DNA from: Candidatus Versatilivorator sp. | GTDB lineage: Bacteria > Acidobacteriota > Terriglobia > Versatilivoradales > Versatilivoraceae | Direction: 5' to 3' | Length of the DNA stretch: 64,000 bases | Assembly (NCBI GenBank): GCA_965207735.1 | Contig: OZ242296.1 | Span: 3,968,001 to 4,032,000 of the forward strand | Part shown: positions 40,510-50,500 of the stretch, one piece after another | How positions within the stretch are numbered: the first letter of the stretch is position 1 | How the letters are laid out: every line of letters begins with the position of its first letter | Made by a program: the position numbers and the translations under genes | The notes under the pieces: model-generated | The model's input: the letters and a program-made list of their open reading frames with translations, nothing else | Told to the model about the DNA's origin: nothing | Database searches by the model: none

Positions 40510-41397
40510 TCACTGCACTGCCGGCGTCAAGATCCGGATCAGGTGATTGCCCGAATCAGCGATGAAGAGGTTGCCCGCTCCGTCCACCGCCACGCCTTCG
40601 GGGCTCCTTAGCCAGGCCGCGGTCGCGGGGCTGTTGTCCCCAACATCCCGAGTACCGGCGAAGGTGTCGATCCTCCAGCCGGTGGGAGTTTGCCCGCCGC
40701 CGGCCCTGACCGTTACCCGCCGGCCCCTGGAACAGTTGTTATTGGTCCGGCTCTCCCCGCTGACCGCGTCCACGCAGGCGCCGTAGTAGTAGGTCCCCCC
40801 ACTCGCCGGGGCCGTCAACCGGATCGACTCTTCCGTCAGGCCCGATGGGGCAAGGGTGCCCAGCGCGTCCGTCCCCACCGAGGTATCAGCGCTCGTTATG
40901 GTCGCGTCCGTCGAACGGTAATAGCGCAGCGTCGTGGCCGGGGAGGCTCCCTCCCCGACGTTGCGCACTCCCGCCGCCAGCGAGAACGACCCTCCCGGGG
41001 GAGTGCCGGAAGGGTTCGTAAAGGCGGTGAACGAGTAGACGGTCAGGTCCGGATCGCCGCCGGAACGAGTGTCTGGGGGGGGACAGTTTCCGCCGGCGGC
41101 AAGGAGGAGAATACCGGATCGGCTTCGAAGTTCAGCGACAGGGTCACGATGGGCTCGGTGGAGGTAATCTCGACCGATCCGTTAAAGCCGCTGAGTGCAA
41201 ACAGAGGCGCCATGTTTTGTGCACCATGCCCGTCGGGCAACAGGTTCCGCTCGACGCTGGCCAGCGTCCGGCCCGTAGCGTCCTTGGCCGAAAAGGTGAC
41301 GAGGGCCGCCGTGTCGGATGGGTTGGCATAGGCTACTCCAGTCCCCAACTGACCTTCTCCCTGCTCGGCAAAGGTGACGAAGCGAGTGGCCGGAAGT
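40510..41397 (-). pseudogene. Third NHL-gene copy: 5'-truncated, frameshifted, repeat array collapsed to one unit
   Basis: First-repeat start (ATAAWLR.PEG) is joined directly to the last-repeat end (SGNHLIRILTPAV); G8 instead of a 9-nt tract near 41075; homology ends about 41397. Confidence 0.9.
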
Positions 41398-41568
41398 GTC
41401 GCCCACCGCCGAACCGCCCAGGGCGTACACCAGCGGCGTGTCGCGCTTGGGGTCATCCGGTTCGGCCAAGCGGCCGTTGTGTCGAAACGTGATCATCCGG
41501 TGAAACCGCCTTCCTCGGCGACGGTAGCGACGTGGTACACTCAATGTCCAACCTTGGGGAGAAGGCGG

Positions 41569-43302
41569 ATGATATTCAAGACCAGCCTAGCGCGCGGCGT
41601 GGCATTGGTGATTGCGGCCGGATTCGCGTTGAGCGCGACCGCGGGAACCCTGACGGGACCGGTGACCGAGGGAGAACGGGGCGGTCCGTACGGCGCCGTG
41701 GACGTTGCCGACCGGGGCTACCAGACCGAGGAGTATTTTCTCGCCGGCAGCGCCACGGCCTACGAACTGGCCGAAGGGGAGCACACGCCCGACGGCCGCT
41801 GGAATACGCGCCCGGCAGCGGACAAGGCAGACTTCAAGACCCGCCTGTTGGTGGTTCGCCCGGAGGATCCCGACGCCTTCAACGGCACCGTCATCGTCTT
41901 GTGGCTGAACGTCTCCGCCGGCTTCGAAGTGGGCTTGGCGGTCGGCGAGGCACTGCGCGGCTACGCCTGGGTCGGGGTCTCGGCACAGAAGGTCGGCATC
42001 GACGGGTTCCCGCAGGATCCCCAAGGTCTCAAGGCCTGGGATGCGAAGCGCTACGGTTCCCTCGTTCATCCGGGCGACGCCTATTCCTACGACATCTTCA
42101 CCCAGGTCGCCCGCGCCGTGGGTCCGGAACGCGACACGTCCGATCTTGATCCCATGGGCGGCCTCGAGGTCGAGCGGATGATCGCCGTGGGCCCCTCGCA
42201 GTCCGCCGCACGCCTGCGAACGTACATCAACGGCGTACACCAACACACGGGCGTGTTCGACGGCTACATTCCGTTCGTCGACTTCGGCCGCGGGGTGCCG
42301 TTCACGGCGGATAGCGCCGGTCAGCTCTGGGGTGGCTGGTCGTCGATCCGTTCCGACCTCGACGTCCCGGTAATCGTCGTGAACTCGGAGACCGAGGTGA
42401 CCAGCTACTACGGGGTGCGGGAGGACGACTCCGACCGCTTCCGCCTCTGGGAGATCGCGGGCACCTCGCACGTGTCGGTGCCGCGACCCGAGGAAGCGGA
42501 CACCGGCTTCAACTGGCTGTCCTACCGCCCCGTGTACGACGCATCGATCCGGCATCTGCATCGCTGGATCACGGATGGTGTCGAACCGCCGCGGATGCCG
42601 CGCGTCGAAGTCGTACCCGGTACCGGTCAGACCGGCGCGGCGGCGCGACCCCAGGTCGTGCGCGACGATCACGGCAACGCGGTGGGTGGAATCCGTCTGC
42701 CGGACGTCGAGGTGCCGACGGCTTCGCACAGCGGTTTCGGGGTACAGAAGCCGGGGACGCAGTTCGGCTTCATCTTCGGCGTGGCAGCGGACTTTGATGG
42801 CGAGAAGCTCGCCAGCCTGTATCCGGACAGCGGGCACTATCTCAAGGCTTGGCGGGCGGCACTCGACCGGGCCGTGGAACAAGGCATCGTGCTGCCCGAA
42901 GACGCCCCCGCCATGGCGGACGCAGCTGCGGCTTGGGCCGCGCGCCTGGATGTCGAACAGGGCGCCGACGAGATGGCGGAGCGCGTGACCCAGGTTCGGG
43001 AGCGGCTGATGCTCACCGACGAACAGGTCGAGAAGATCGGGCCGATCCTGCGCAAGGGGATCGAGGCGCAGGCGGAACTGTTCGCCGAGCAGGGATTCGC
43101 GCGGGGCGGGGCGAGGAGCCGCCAGGGCGGTCTCCCGAACCTGCGGCAGATGCGCAAGCTCCGGAGGGAGATAGATGCGATCCGGGAGTCGACGCTCCGG
43201 GAACTCGGCGAGGTGCTGGACGAGAAGCAGCTCGCGGAGTACAGGGAGATCCAGAAGGAACGCCAGGCGGAACTGCGCAAGCGGATGAGAGAGCGCCGCT
43301 AG
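41569..43302 (+). CDS. Secreted alpha/beta hydrolase domain protein with a C-terminal helical (LTXXQ/Spy-like) extension
   Basis: Signal peptide; EEYFLAG, RPEDPDAFNGTVIVLWLNVSAG, YSYDIFTQ, GPSQSA, WEIAGTSH, RDDHGNAVGGIRLP; tail LMLTDEQ..VLDEKQLAEY. Confidence 0.85.
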   Translation: MIFKTSLARGVALVIAAGFALSATAGTLTGPVTEGERGGPYGAVDVADRGYQTEEYFLAGSATAYELAEGEHTPDGRWNTRPAADKADFKTRLLVVRPEDPDAFNGTVIVLWLNVSAGFEVGLAVGEALRGYAWVGVSAQKVGIDGFPQDPQGLKAWDAKRYGSLVHPGDAYSYDIFTQVARAVGPERDTSDLDPMGGLEVERMIAVGPSQSAARLRTYINGVHQHTGVFDGYIPFVDFGRGVPFTADSAGQLWGGWSSIRSDLDVPVIVVNSETEVTSYYGVREDDSDRFRLWEIAGTSHVSVPRPEEADTGFNWLSYRPVYDASIRHLHRWITDGVEPPRMPRVEVVPGTGQTGAAARPQVVRDDHGNAVGGIRLPDVEVPTASHSGFGVQKPGTQFGFIFGVAADFDGEKLASLYPDSGHYLKAWRAALDRAVEQGIVLPEDAPAMADAAAAWAARLDVEQGADEMAERVTQVRERLMLTDEQVEKIGPILRKGIEAQAELFAEQGFARGGARSRQGGLPNLRQMRKLRREIDAIRESTLRELGEVLDEKQLAEYREIQKERQAELRKRMRERR

Positions 43303-43477
43303 GCGGGGCGCGGCGGTGGATGCGCGGAGCCCGACGGGGGGGGCTGAGGACCTTGGACGGCGGCCTGGGACGTGGGATCTGTGATCGAGCTTATAGGAGA
43401 ACCTGCAACCCTAAGATATTGCCCCTTGGCGAGCTCGCGGAGGCCTGCGCGGCCCCAAGATGTTGGGGTGCGGCTAA

Positions 43478-43506
43478 AGTTGACATAATGAAGGATTATC
43501 GGAAGT
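43478..43506 (-). other. dif/pdif-like XerC/XerD site
   Basis: Minus strand ACTTCCGATAA-tccttca-TTATGTCAACT; the right arm resembles the XerD arm TTATGTTAAAT; spacer is 7 bp rather than 6. Confidence 0.65.
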
Positions 43507-43547
43507 CAGTTCCTGTGGGAGCATAGCCGAAACTATAGGACGAGGCG

Positions 43548-43889
43548 CTAGCTCTCACGATCCGGGAAGCAGCCCAGGGCAACCATCAGTGCGTCGTCGA
43601 GAGACTTGAGTTTGGTGGCATCGAGGCTCCCTACGAACCGAGTCAACTGCGACTTCCGCAGGCTGACAAGCTCGTCGCAGTGCACGCTGCAGTCGTGTCG
43701 AAGTCCTTCGTTCAATCCGACATCGACTTGTGTTGCCAGCCCGTGACGCTTCGAGTACACTGGCGCACAGATAACCGTCGAGAAGTGAGAGTCGATCACT
43801 GCCTGCCGGCTGACTACGACGAACACGCGAAAACGCTTCGGGTCGCGCGCGTGGGGTCGCTCGACCCGGTAGAGCTCCCCGCGCGTCAC
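43548..43889 (-). CDS. mazF: MazF/PemK family toxin
   Basis: [47 protein letters not shown]; start overlaps the antitoxin stop. Confidence 0.88.
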   Translation of the reverse strand: MTRGELYRVERPHARDPKRFRVFVVVSRQAVIDSHFSTVICAPVYSKRHGLATQVDVGLNEGLRHDCSVHCDELVSLRKSQLTRFVGSLDATKLKSLDDALMVALGCFPDRES

Positions 43890-44116
43890 GTGACTACCTG
43901 ATATGCCAGGACATCGACCGCTTCTTCGTTGAGTTCATCGGCGTGCTCATTGATGATATTGCGGTCGCGCTTGTCGATCCTTACCCGTTCTCTCGCTGAG
44001 AAGCTTTGACGAAGCAGCCGCTCAATCACCTGGGATCTGCTTTCTCCTTCTCGGGCAGCCTCGTCAACGGCTGTGACCACCTCTTGCTCAAGTGTGATAG
44101 ATGTTTTCAGCTTCAT
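43886..44116 (-). CDS. Ribbon-helix-helix (CopG-like) antitoxin
   Basis: [28 protein letters not shown]; coupled to the toxin; AGGGGGA upstream. Confidence 0.82.
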   Translation of the reverse strand: MKLKTSITLEQEVVTAVDEAAREGESRSQVIERLLRQSFSARERVRIDKRDRNIINEHADELNEEAVDVLAYQVVT

Positions 44117-44306
44117 AAGACAATCATCCCCCTGTGGGAAACCTGAAATTCCCATCTCGATCGTCGGAAAAAGAGGCCGCGGGAAGCCCTGTGCTCCAAC
44201 TTCTCGGGTCCGGCATGCCTCAGTACCCCCGAATATCAACGGCTTGTTCCCTAGTCTAGTGCTCGGCCGGGACACCGGATGGATGTGATACAAGAACCCG
44301 CCGCGC

Positions 44307-45713
44307 CTACGCCGATTCGCTCGCCCATGACGCCCTGCGCTGTTCCAAGCGTGTCCTTGCGTCAGCCACGACAGCCGGGGCTTCGGGCTCGTTGGTTGCG
44401 GTTTCCTGCACCTCTCGTAGTGCTAACGTCTTCCGGTACTCCTCAGCTTCGGCCGCAAGGGTAAACTCCACAGAGCCGCGATCTTGCGCGACCTGTTCGA
44501 TATCAGCAAGTGACACCGAGAAGAACTCCTTGCGCATGTTCACGAGGTTGACCCGCCGGTTGTCGAAAGCGGCGTGCAGCGTCTGCTCGAGGTCTGGAAC
44601 ATTCTCCGAGTAGATCATCGCGTGAACGTCGAATGGGAACGGCACCGACGCATCGCCGAGTTCCCGGAACCGGTCGCCGGGATCTAAACGCCTCGTCAGG
44701 CCGATCTTGTAGACATTATCCCCGAATGATCCAATGTTCGAGACGACGTAGACGTGACCTGACTTCGTGAGTTGTGCACGCGATAGGGCACGCTCCTTCG
44801 TTTCATGGGCCGCGTCGAGTTGACTCTGTAGCCTCTCGATCTCGCTCTGAAGCTCCGTACTCTTCTCGTCTCCGGCACGCTGCAATTCCTGACGCGCCTT
44901 CTCTAGTGCGGCCGCATACCGCTGCTCCTCCTTCTCTGCGTCGCTCTTCGCCTTTTCAATCTCCCGGCGGACACGTTCCTCTTCACGCATCTGTTCGCGG
45001 ATGCGGCGCTGCTCCTCTTTCTCCGCCTCCCGCTGTTCCTGATACTCGTGCGCAAGGCGGAGTTCGCTGATCTTTAGATCGAGATATTGCGGAACGATGG
45101 CACAGTGCTGCGTCTCGCCGAGCTTGTTCAAGGCCTCGAACGACCGGCTGATACGCTTTTCCATCACAGTCACATTGTTGTAACGCACCTTGACAATCGC
45201 CGCGTCGCATTCGCCGTTGAAGGCTCGAAGTTGGAGCTTTAAGTACCGCTGTACCATCCGGCGCCCCTCAGTCCTACTGCCCTCGACGTGCCATTCCGTC
45301 TTACAGACCGCGGCCGTCTTGTCTCGGACCATTGCCTTCTGTTGCCCCCGGATCTCGTCCAGCTTGGCCTTGAACGCGGCGGAAGACTCGAAATCGTAGT
45401 GCGGCTCGTAGATGCCAAAGGACTGAAGTGCGGCCTGATCGCGAGCCGCGTCTAGCTCGCGCGTCAGCTCCTCGAGTTCACGAAGAGCTTCACCAAAGTC
45501 TTTTTCCCACGACGCTCGACGAGTTGCGACCTCCGACGCCAACGTCTCCTTCTCCGCAGCTACACGATCGCGCTCCCGCTCCACGTCGATGATGCCTCCG
45601 TACCGCCGTCTCATGTCTCCGTTCTGCCGTCTCGTGTCTCGGAGCGACCGCAGAGCGAACAGGAGACCGATAACGGCAACCACGGCTATTGCGATGAAAA
45701 CAACTTCCGACAT
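44307..45713 (-). CDS. DUF4041 plus T5orf172/MUG113 (GIY-YIG-like) protein with N-terminal membrane anchor
   Basis: LRAFNGECDAAI, coiled coil, GHVYVVSNIGSFGDNVYKIGLTRRLDP, ELGDASVPFPFDVHAMIYS, VNMRKEFF. Confidence 0.9.
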   Translation of the reverse strand: MSEVVFIAIAVVAVIGLLFALRSLRDTRRQNGDMRRRYGGIIDVERERDRVAAEKETLASEVATRRASWEKDFGEALRELEELTRELDAARDQAALQSFGIYEPHYDFESSAAFKAKLDEIRGQQKAMVRDKTAAVCKTEWHVEGSRTEGRRMVQRYLKLQLRAFNGECDAAIVKVRYNNVTVMEKRISRSFEALNKLGETQHCAIVPQYLDLKISELRLAHEYQEQREAEKEEQRRIREQMREEERVRREIEKAKSDAEKEEQRYAAALEKARQELQRAGDEKSTELQSEIERLQSQLDAAHETKERALSRAQLTKSGHVYVVSNIGSFGDNVYKIGLTRRLDPGDRFRELGDASVPFPFDVHAMIYSENVPDLEQTLHAAFDNRRVNLVNMRKEFFSVSLADIEQVAQDRGSVEFTLAAEAEEYRKTLALREVQETATNEPEAPAVVADARTRLEQRRASWASESA

Positions 45714-45778
45714 GACTGTTCCTCTTTTCTCTGGAGCGCGGCTGTATTACGCGGGTACGCGTAGCATATTATACGCGT

Positions 45779-46060
45779 TCAGAGCCTCTTCCTAGTAAGC
45801 TCATTGATAGACGGCAGCCCTCGAGCCTTAAACACATAATCTAGGCCTTCCATCAAGAAATCATGCATCTTAGCGTGTTCTTCAAACGCTAGTCGCCGCA
45901 CCTGCTCATAGACGGGTAAGGGCAGATACGCGGTTTGCTGCTTGACCCGGGGACGGTTACCTCTTGGCTTGACCGGTGTCTGCTGAGGTACGGTGGGAAC
46001 TGGCGCAGTTGGCTCGTTCCCGCCGAAGATGTCCTCAAGCGATGTGCGTTTCTTGCTCAT
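45779..46060 (-). CDS. Small ParG-like / RHH partition partner
   Basis: Flexible N-terminus then KQQTAYLP..YEQVRRLAFE..KMHDFLMEGLD; overlaps the parA end. Confidence 0.7.
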   Translation of the reverse strand: MSKKRTSLEDIFGGNEPTAPVPTVPQQTPVKPRGNRPRVKQQTAYLPLPVYEQVRRLAFEEHAKMHDFLMEGLDYVFKARGLPSINELTRKRL

Positions 46061-46679
46061 AGGTCAATTTCTCCATTTTCGTGGTTATCCACTGCCATAA
46101 AGCTCGAACTTCCGCGGCCGCCTTTCCCTTCGGTTCATACTCGGTCACGGTCAGTCCTCGCCCATGGGCATCCTGATAGGCAGTTCGTAACACGATAGGC
46201 ATCGGGGCTACCATCCCCAGAACTCGCAACCCGTTTGCGGCTTCTCGAATGCGGGCGCCTCTCGGGGGGGTCTGAGACAATACAAACGCACTCAATTTTC
46301 CCAAACGGGTGATGGTTGCGACCGTTGCTGGCGTAGCTTTCATGTCGGCCGGAGTAGCTCGGCATGGAATCAGGCAGAAATTCGCTTGACGAATTGCCGC
46401 CGCAATACCCGGCTCGTCTCGTCCAGGAGTATCGATCACGACCAAGTCAAAAGCTTGCGCTGCCCGTGCAATCGCGGTGGGTAACTCGGCGGTCGTGACT
46501 CTAGCTAATTTCGGAGTGTCAGCCTCACGGATCTGGTACCACTCTTCCACCGTACCCTGTGGGTCCATGTCTAACACCAAGGTACGGTTTCCCTGTTCCT
46601 CAGCGGCTACAGCACAGGAGAGCGCAAGAGTGGATTTGCCACTGCCACCCTTTTGGGTCACTAATGCGATCACGCGCAT
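46035..46679 (-). CDS. parA: ParA family ATPase (short plasmid type Ib)
   Basis: QKGGSGKST deviant Walker A, DMDPQG, VVIDTPG; 214 aa. Confidence 0.92.
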   Translation of the reverse strand: MRVIALVTQKGGSGKSTLALSCAVAAEEQGNRTLVLDMDPQGTVEEWYQIREADTPKLARVTTAELPTAIARAAQAFDLVVIDTPGRDEPGIAAAIRQANFCLIPCRATPADMKATPATVATITRLGKLSAFVLSQTPPRGARIREAANGLRVLGMVAPMPIVLRTAYQDAHGRGLTVTEYEPKGKAAAEVRALWQWITTKMEKLTYEQETHIA

Positions 46680-46850
46680 ACGCGTATCCTATTATAATCT
46701 TCTAACAATGTTAGCGTATACAAGGATACCATGAAGACACTATCCTACGCTCCACTCTAACACTCTGACAGCCTCCCAGGATCCAGTGGTGGTTTAGGGG
46801 GGGCGTCATGGACCGTGATTAGGGTAGCGCATGGCCCAATGCTGACTACA

Positions 46851-46871
46851 GTGTAACATTTAATGGTACAC
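46851..46871 (+). promoter_or_regulatory. Probable HigA operator palindrome overlapping the higBA promoter
   Basis: GTGTAACAT-tta-ATGGTACAC, 8 nt before the higB ATG; TA antitoxins autoregulate via such palindromes. Confidence 0.6.
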
Positions 46872-46879
46872 TTCCTTGC

Positions 46880-47158
46880 ATGATCAAAGGGTTCGCTTCC
46901 AAGGTCCTTAGGAAAGCATTTGAAGATGGGGACTACCGGCGGATCAACCCTCAATGGAGGGCCCGGGTTGAACTTCTTCTGGACGCATTGGATGCAGCAG
47001 AGAAAGTAGAAGATTTGAACCTCCTGACGCTCGGCACCCATCCGTTAAAGGGCAACCGAAAAGGTGAGTGGGGAATGACTGTGACGAAGAACTGGAGGAT
47101 TACCTTCAGATTCGAGGCGGGAGATGCCGTCGAGGTAGACCTAGAGAATTATCACTAG
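46880..47158 (+). CDS. higB: HigB (RelE/ParE superfamily) toxin
   Basis: MIKGF.SK.L..FEDG, HPLKGNRKGEWGMTVTKNWRITFRF..V.LENYH. Confidence 0.92.
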   Translation: MIKGFASKVLRKAFEDGDYRRINPQWRARVELLLDALDAAEKVEDLNLLTLGTHPLKGNRKGEWGMTVTKNWRITFRFEAGDAVEVDLENYH

Positions 47159-47172
47159 AACGGGGGCGGGAC

Positions 47173-47472
47173 ATGGCTAGAAATCTGGAGAGGAGACCGA
47201 CGCATCCAGGCACGTTGCTACGGGGCGAGATCGAGGCTCGAAAACTCAATCAGGGGCAGGTGGCAGGTCTTGTCGGTGTCGGGCGCAGGACCATTAACGA
47301 GATTTGTCAAGGACGAAGATCAATGAGCGCTGACATGGCGCACCGGATCGGGAAGCTTTTCGGCAACGGGCCGACGCTCTGGATTAACATGCAGAAGGCG
47401 ATTGACATATGGGACGCTGAGCGCGAGCACTCGACAGACTACGCCAAGATTCAGACCTTAGAGATAGCTTGA
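47173..47472 (+). CDS. higA: HigA antitoxin (HTH)
   Basis: RPTHPG.LL, RRTINEICQGRRSMSADMA.RIGKLFGNGP.LWINMQ; toxin-first order. Confidence 0.92.
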   Translation: MARNLERRPTHPGTLLRGEIEARKLNQGQVAGLVGVGRRTINEICQGRRSMSADMAHRIGKLFGNGPTLWINMQKAIDIWDAEREHSTDYAKIQTLEIA

Positions 47473-47492
47473 TAAAGTATGTAATCAAGGCT
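47465..47492. other. Candidate tyrosine-recombinase (dif-like) site
   Basis: TAGCTTGATAA-agtatg-TAATCAAGGCT; contains the higA stop codon; at the border of duplication copy 2. Confidence 0.55.
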
Positions 47493-47526
47493 AACCCCTA
47501 ATTCAGCAGCAGGATAGAGCAAGCTG

Positions 47527-50500
47527 CTACTCCCGGGCAGGCAAGTAGGCCCCGTCGCCGCTGCGCTCTCCTGGCCTGCCACCGTCATTGACCACCCCGT
47601 AGGCCAGAAACGGGTTCTCCCCCGACACCCTCTCGATCCGGATATACCCCTGCCGCGTCTCCGAAGAGGCTCTGCCCAGGATCCCATTGATCTGATGCCA
47701 GCCCCGGACCGGGACCTCCTTGGTCACCACCGTCTCCACCAGCATCCCCGTCTCCCCGTCGTAGATCTCCAGATGAAAGACGCTCTCACTTTCGTCCACT
47801 TCTCCCGTGTTGACCAGCGCCAGGTTGGAGCGGTCCTGGCTGTTCTGCTGCATCCCGTCCACCCAGGCAACCCGGGTGAAGGCCTCGCCTTCCGGCACCG
47901 CGTTGTAGAAGACGCTGTATTGTCCCCCGCCTCCCTTCGAGCCCGTCCTGGCTCCTACCACGATTCCGCTCAGGTCTCCCTCTTCGGCCGTGACGAACAC
48001 CGGTCCCGCCAAGGTCCGCCTGCCCGTCCCCAGTCCCGCCACCTCCTCACCACGCAACGCCTCCACCACCTCCGGTACGATCTCCTGCTGGCCGGCTTCC
48101 AGCTCCATGCTGAACACCGCCGTCCGGTCGTCCGTATCGATCCCCTCGGCTACAAACTGGAAATTCAGTCTCCTCGGCTCCTGGGAGAAGTTCGTCACCG
48201 TCAACTCGCTCCTGAACTCACTCGTCTCCACGATCACCGGCAGCGTCTGCCCCCTCTTCCCCGCCAGTGAACTCGCCGTCACCGGAAAGATGAACGACCC
48301 GTCCGAGTTCACCTGGTCGTTGATCACCCCGTAGGCGTAGAAGGGTGAGGTTCCCTCCACCCGCTCCACCCTCACGTAGCCGCTGGCATTGCCGCCCACT
48401 GCATTCAGCACTGCGTTGTGCTGGTGAAATCCTCCTGGCTCCAACCTTACCTCGTCCAGCTCCCGGGCAGTCCCATCCCCCGCCTCTCCTGAGTAGACCG
48501 TGGTCTTGAGGGTGATCGCTCCCTCCCCCGCAGTCCCCATGTTCTGAAAGGCTACGTTGGAGCGGTCCTGGCTGTTCTGCCTGAGCCCGCACAGGTAGAC
48601 CGGCTCGTCAAACCCCTCCTCCTCGGCTATCCCCAGGTAGGCCAGCCCCGCCCGTCCGTCAGGCACTACCGTCGTGGTCCGCACCACTGCACCCACCTCC
48701 GAACCCAGCTTGACCTCCACCCGCAGTGTCCCCACCCGGTTCCCCGTCTCGGGAATCGGTACCCCCAAACCCCTCAGATAGGTGAGGGCGTCGGTCTCGA
48801 CGATTTGTCTGCCGGCTGCCAGTCTGTCGGAAGCCGTCCCGCTCCCTCCTCCCGCATCGGCCGTGTAGAGGTAGTCCACCCTCGCTTCCTTCTCCCCACG
48901 GTTGGTCAGCGTCAGCTCCGAGGTGAAGAAGGACTGTTTCCGGCCTGCAGAGGAGAGGATCACCGGAACGAACAGCGACCCCGTCGTCAACCGGAAGCTC
49001 CCCTCGGCCAGGTCCGGGTCCCCGCAGTCATAGACGAACCCGCCCACTCCCGACTCGGTGAAGCTCAATCGGAGCTCGCAGGAAGCCCCGTCATCGTAGT
49101 CCAGCCTCACCGTCCCCATCCCGGGCCCTGTCCTCTCATAGGCGTAGCTGCCCAATCGCGAAGTGGTGCTCTCCGATCGGGATTCGGCGCTCTCTGACCG
49201 AATCGCCGCCTGGGCTCCCACCCTCTCGATCTGCTCGAACCGGTTGCCTTCTCCAAACCGCAGCTCAATGCGTCTGTCGGTCCCCGCCTCTCCGCCCAAC
49301 CGCAAGGTCAAACGCTCATCCTCCAGGTCCTCCTCCGTGAAGTCCGAGGGATCGTCCGAGTCGGGCTCCTCCCCTCCCGTCCTTCCTTCCCCCGGCTGCG
49401 ACCACTCACCCCTCCCCTCTTCGTTCATGGCCCTCACCTCCACCCGGTAGAGCCTCTCCTCCTCCAGGCCCGTCAGCGTCAACCTCAGTCCCGTCCCCTC
49501 GTGCCCCCCGTCCCTGTAGCCTTCCTCTCCCTCCTCCCGGTAGCGCACCTCATAGCCGGTGATCTCAGGCCCCCGGTTCTCAGGCTCGGACCAGCTCACT
49601 GTCAGGCTGTCCGTGCCCTCAGCGGTCACCTCCGGAGCCGCCACCGCCCCCGGCGGCTCCTCCTCGTCACTCACCCGCACCCGTATGGCCCTCTGCCTCC
49701 TCCGTTCCCTCTCCCCCTCCCCGCTCCTCGCCTCCACCACCACCACGTATTCGTTGTCTCCCGCTCCGCTTGCCGGGTCGGTGCCAGCCGCATCGGCAGG
49801 CCTCTCATAGTCCGGCGCCTCCGTGAAGCTCAGCTCTCCCGTCTGCTCAACTACCCTAAACAGCGCCCCGTCCGCTCCCCCCGCAATCCCGTAGCCGGCA
49901 ACCTCGTCCCCCTCGTCGGAGTCCACCGCTTCCAGCCGCACTACCTTCGTCTGGTTCTCCACCACCTCGAACTGCCCCGGGCTGGTGATCTCCGGCAGCC
50001 GGTTCAGCTCGCTCAGCCGGAAGCTCCCCTGTCCCTGCAACGCGCCCCCGCAGCGGTAGCTGTAGCTGCCTGCTCCCACTCCGCTGAAGCTCATCCGGAG
50101 TTGGCACGACTCCCCCCCGTCGTAGTCCAGGCTCAGCTCTCCCGTCGTCCGGCTGGTGTAGCGGTACCGGTAGCTCCCCATGCGGGTCGCCGTCACTTCC
50201 CCTGCTGTGTCCAGCTCGCTCTCCTCAAACCGCAGCCCCCCTCCAAACCTCACCTTCAGACTCCGCCGGCTTCCTCCAAACGGCGTCCACTCCAATCCGG
50301 CCTCTCCACCCTCCAGGTCCTCCGCCCGGAAGTTCGACCGATAGGCCGGGTCCAGCGGCATCACCGCCTCCACCGCCTCCGTCTCCCGCCCGTTGCCGAT
50401 CTGGTTGACCCCACGCAGCTCCAAGGCATAGACCGTCCCGTTGAGAAGCCCCATGAGGGTGTAGCCGGAGGCGTTGACCTCCCCGGGGGCGCTGTCCGGG

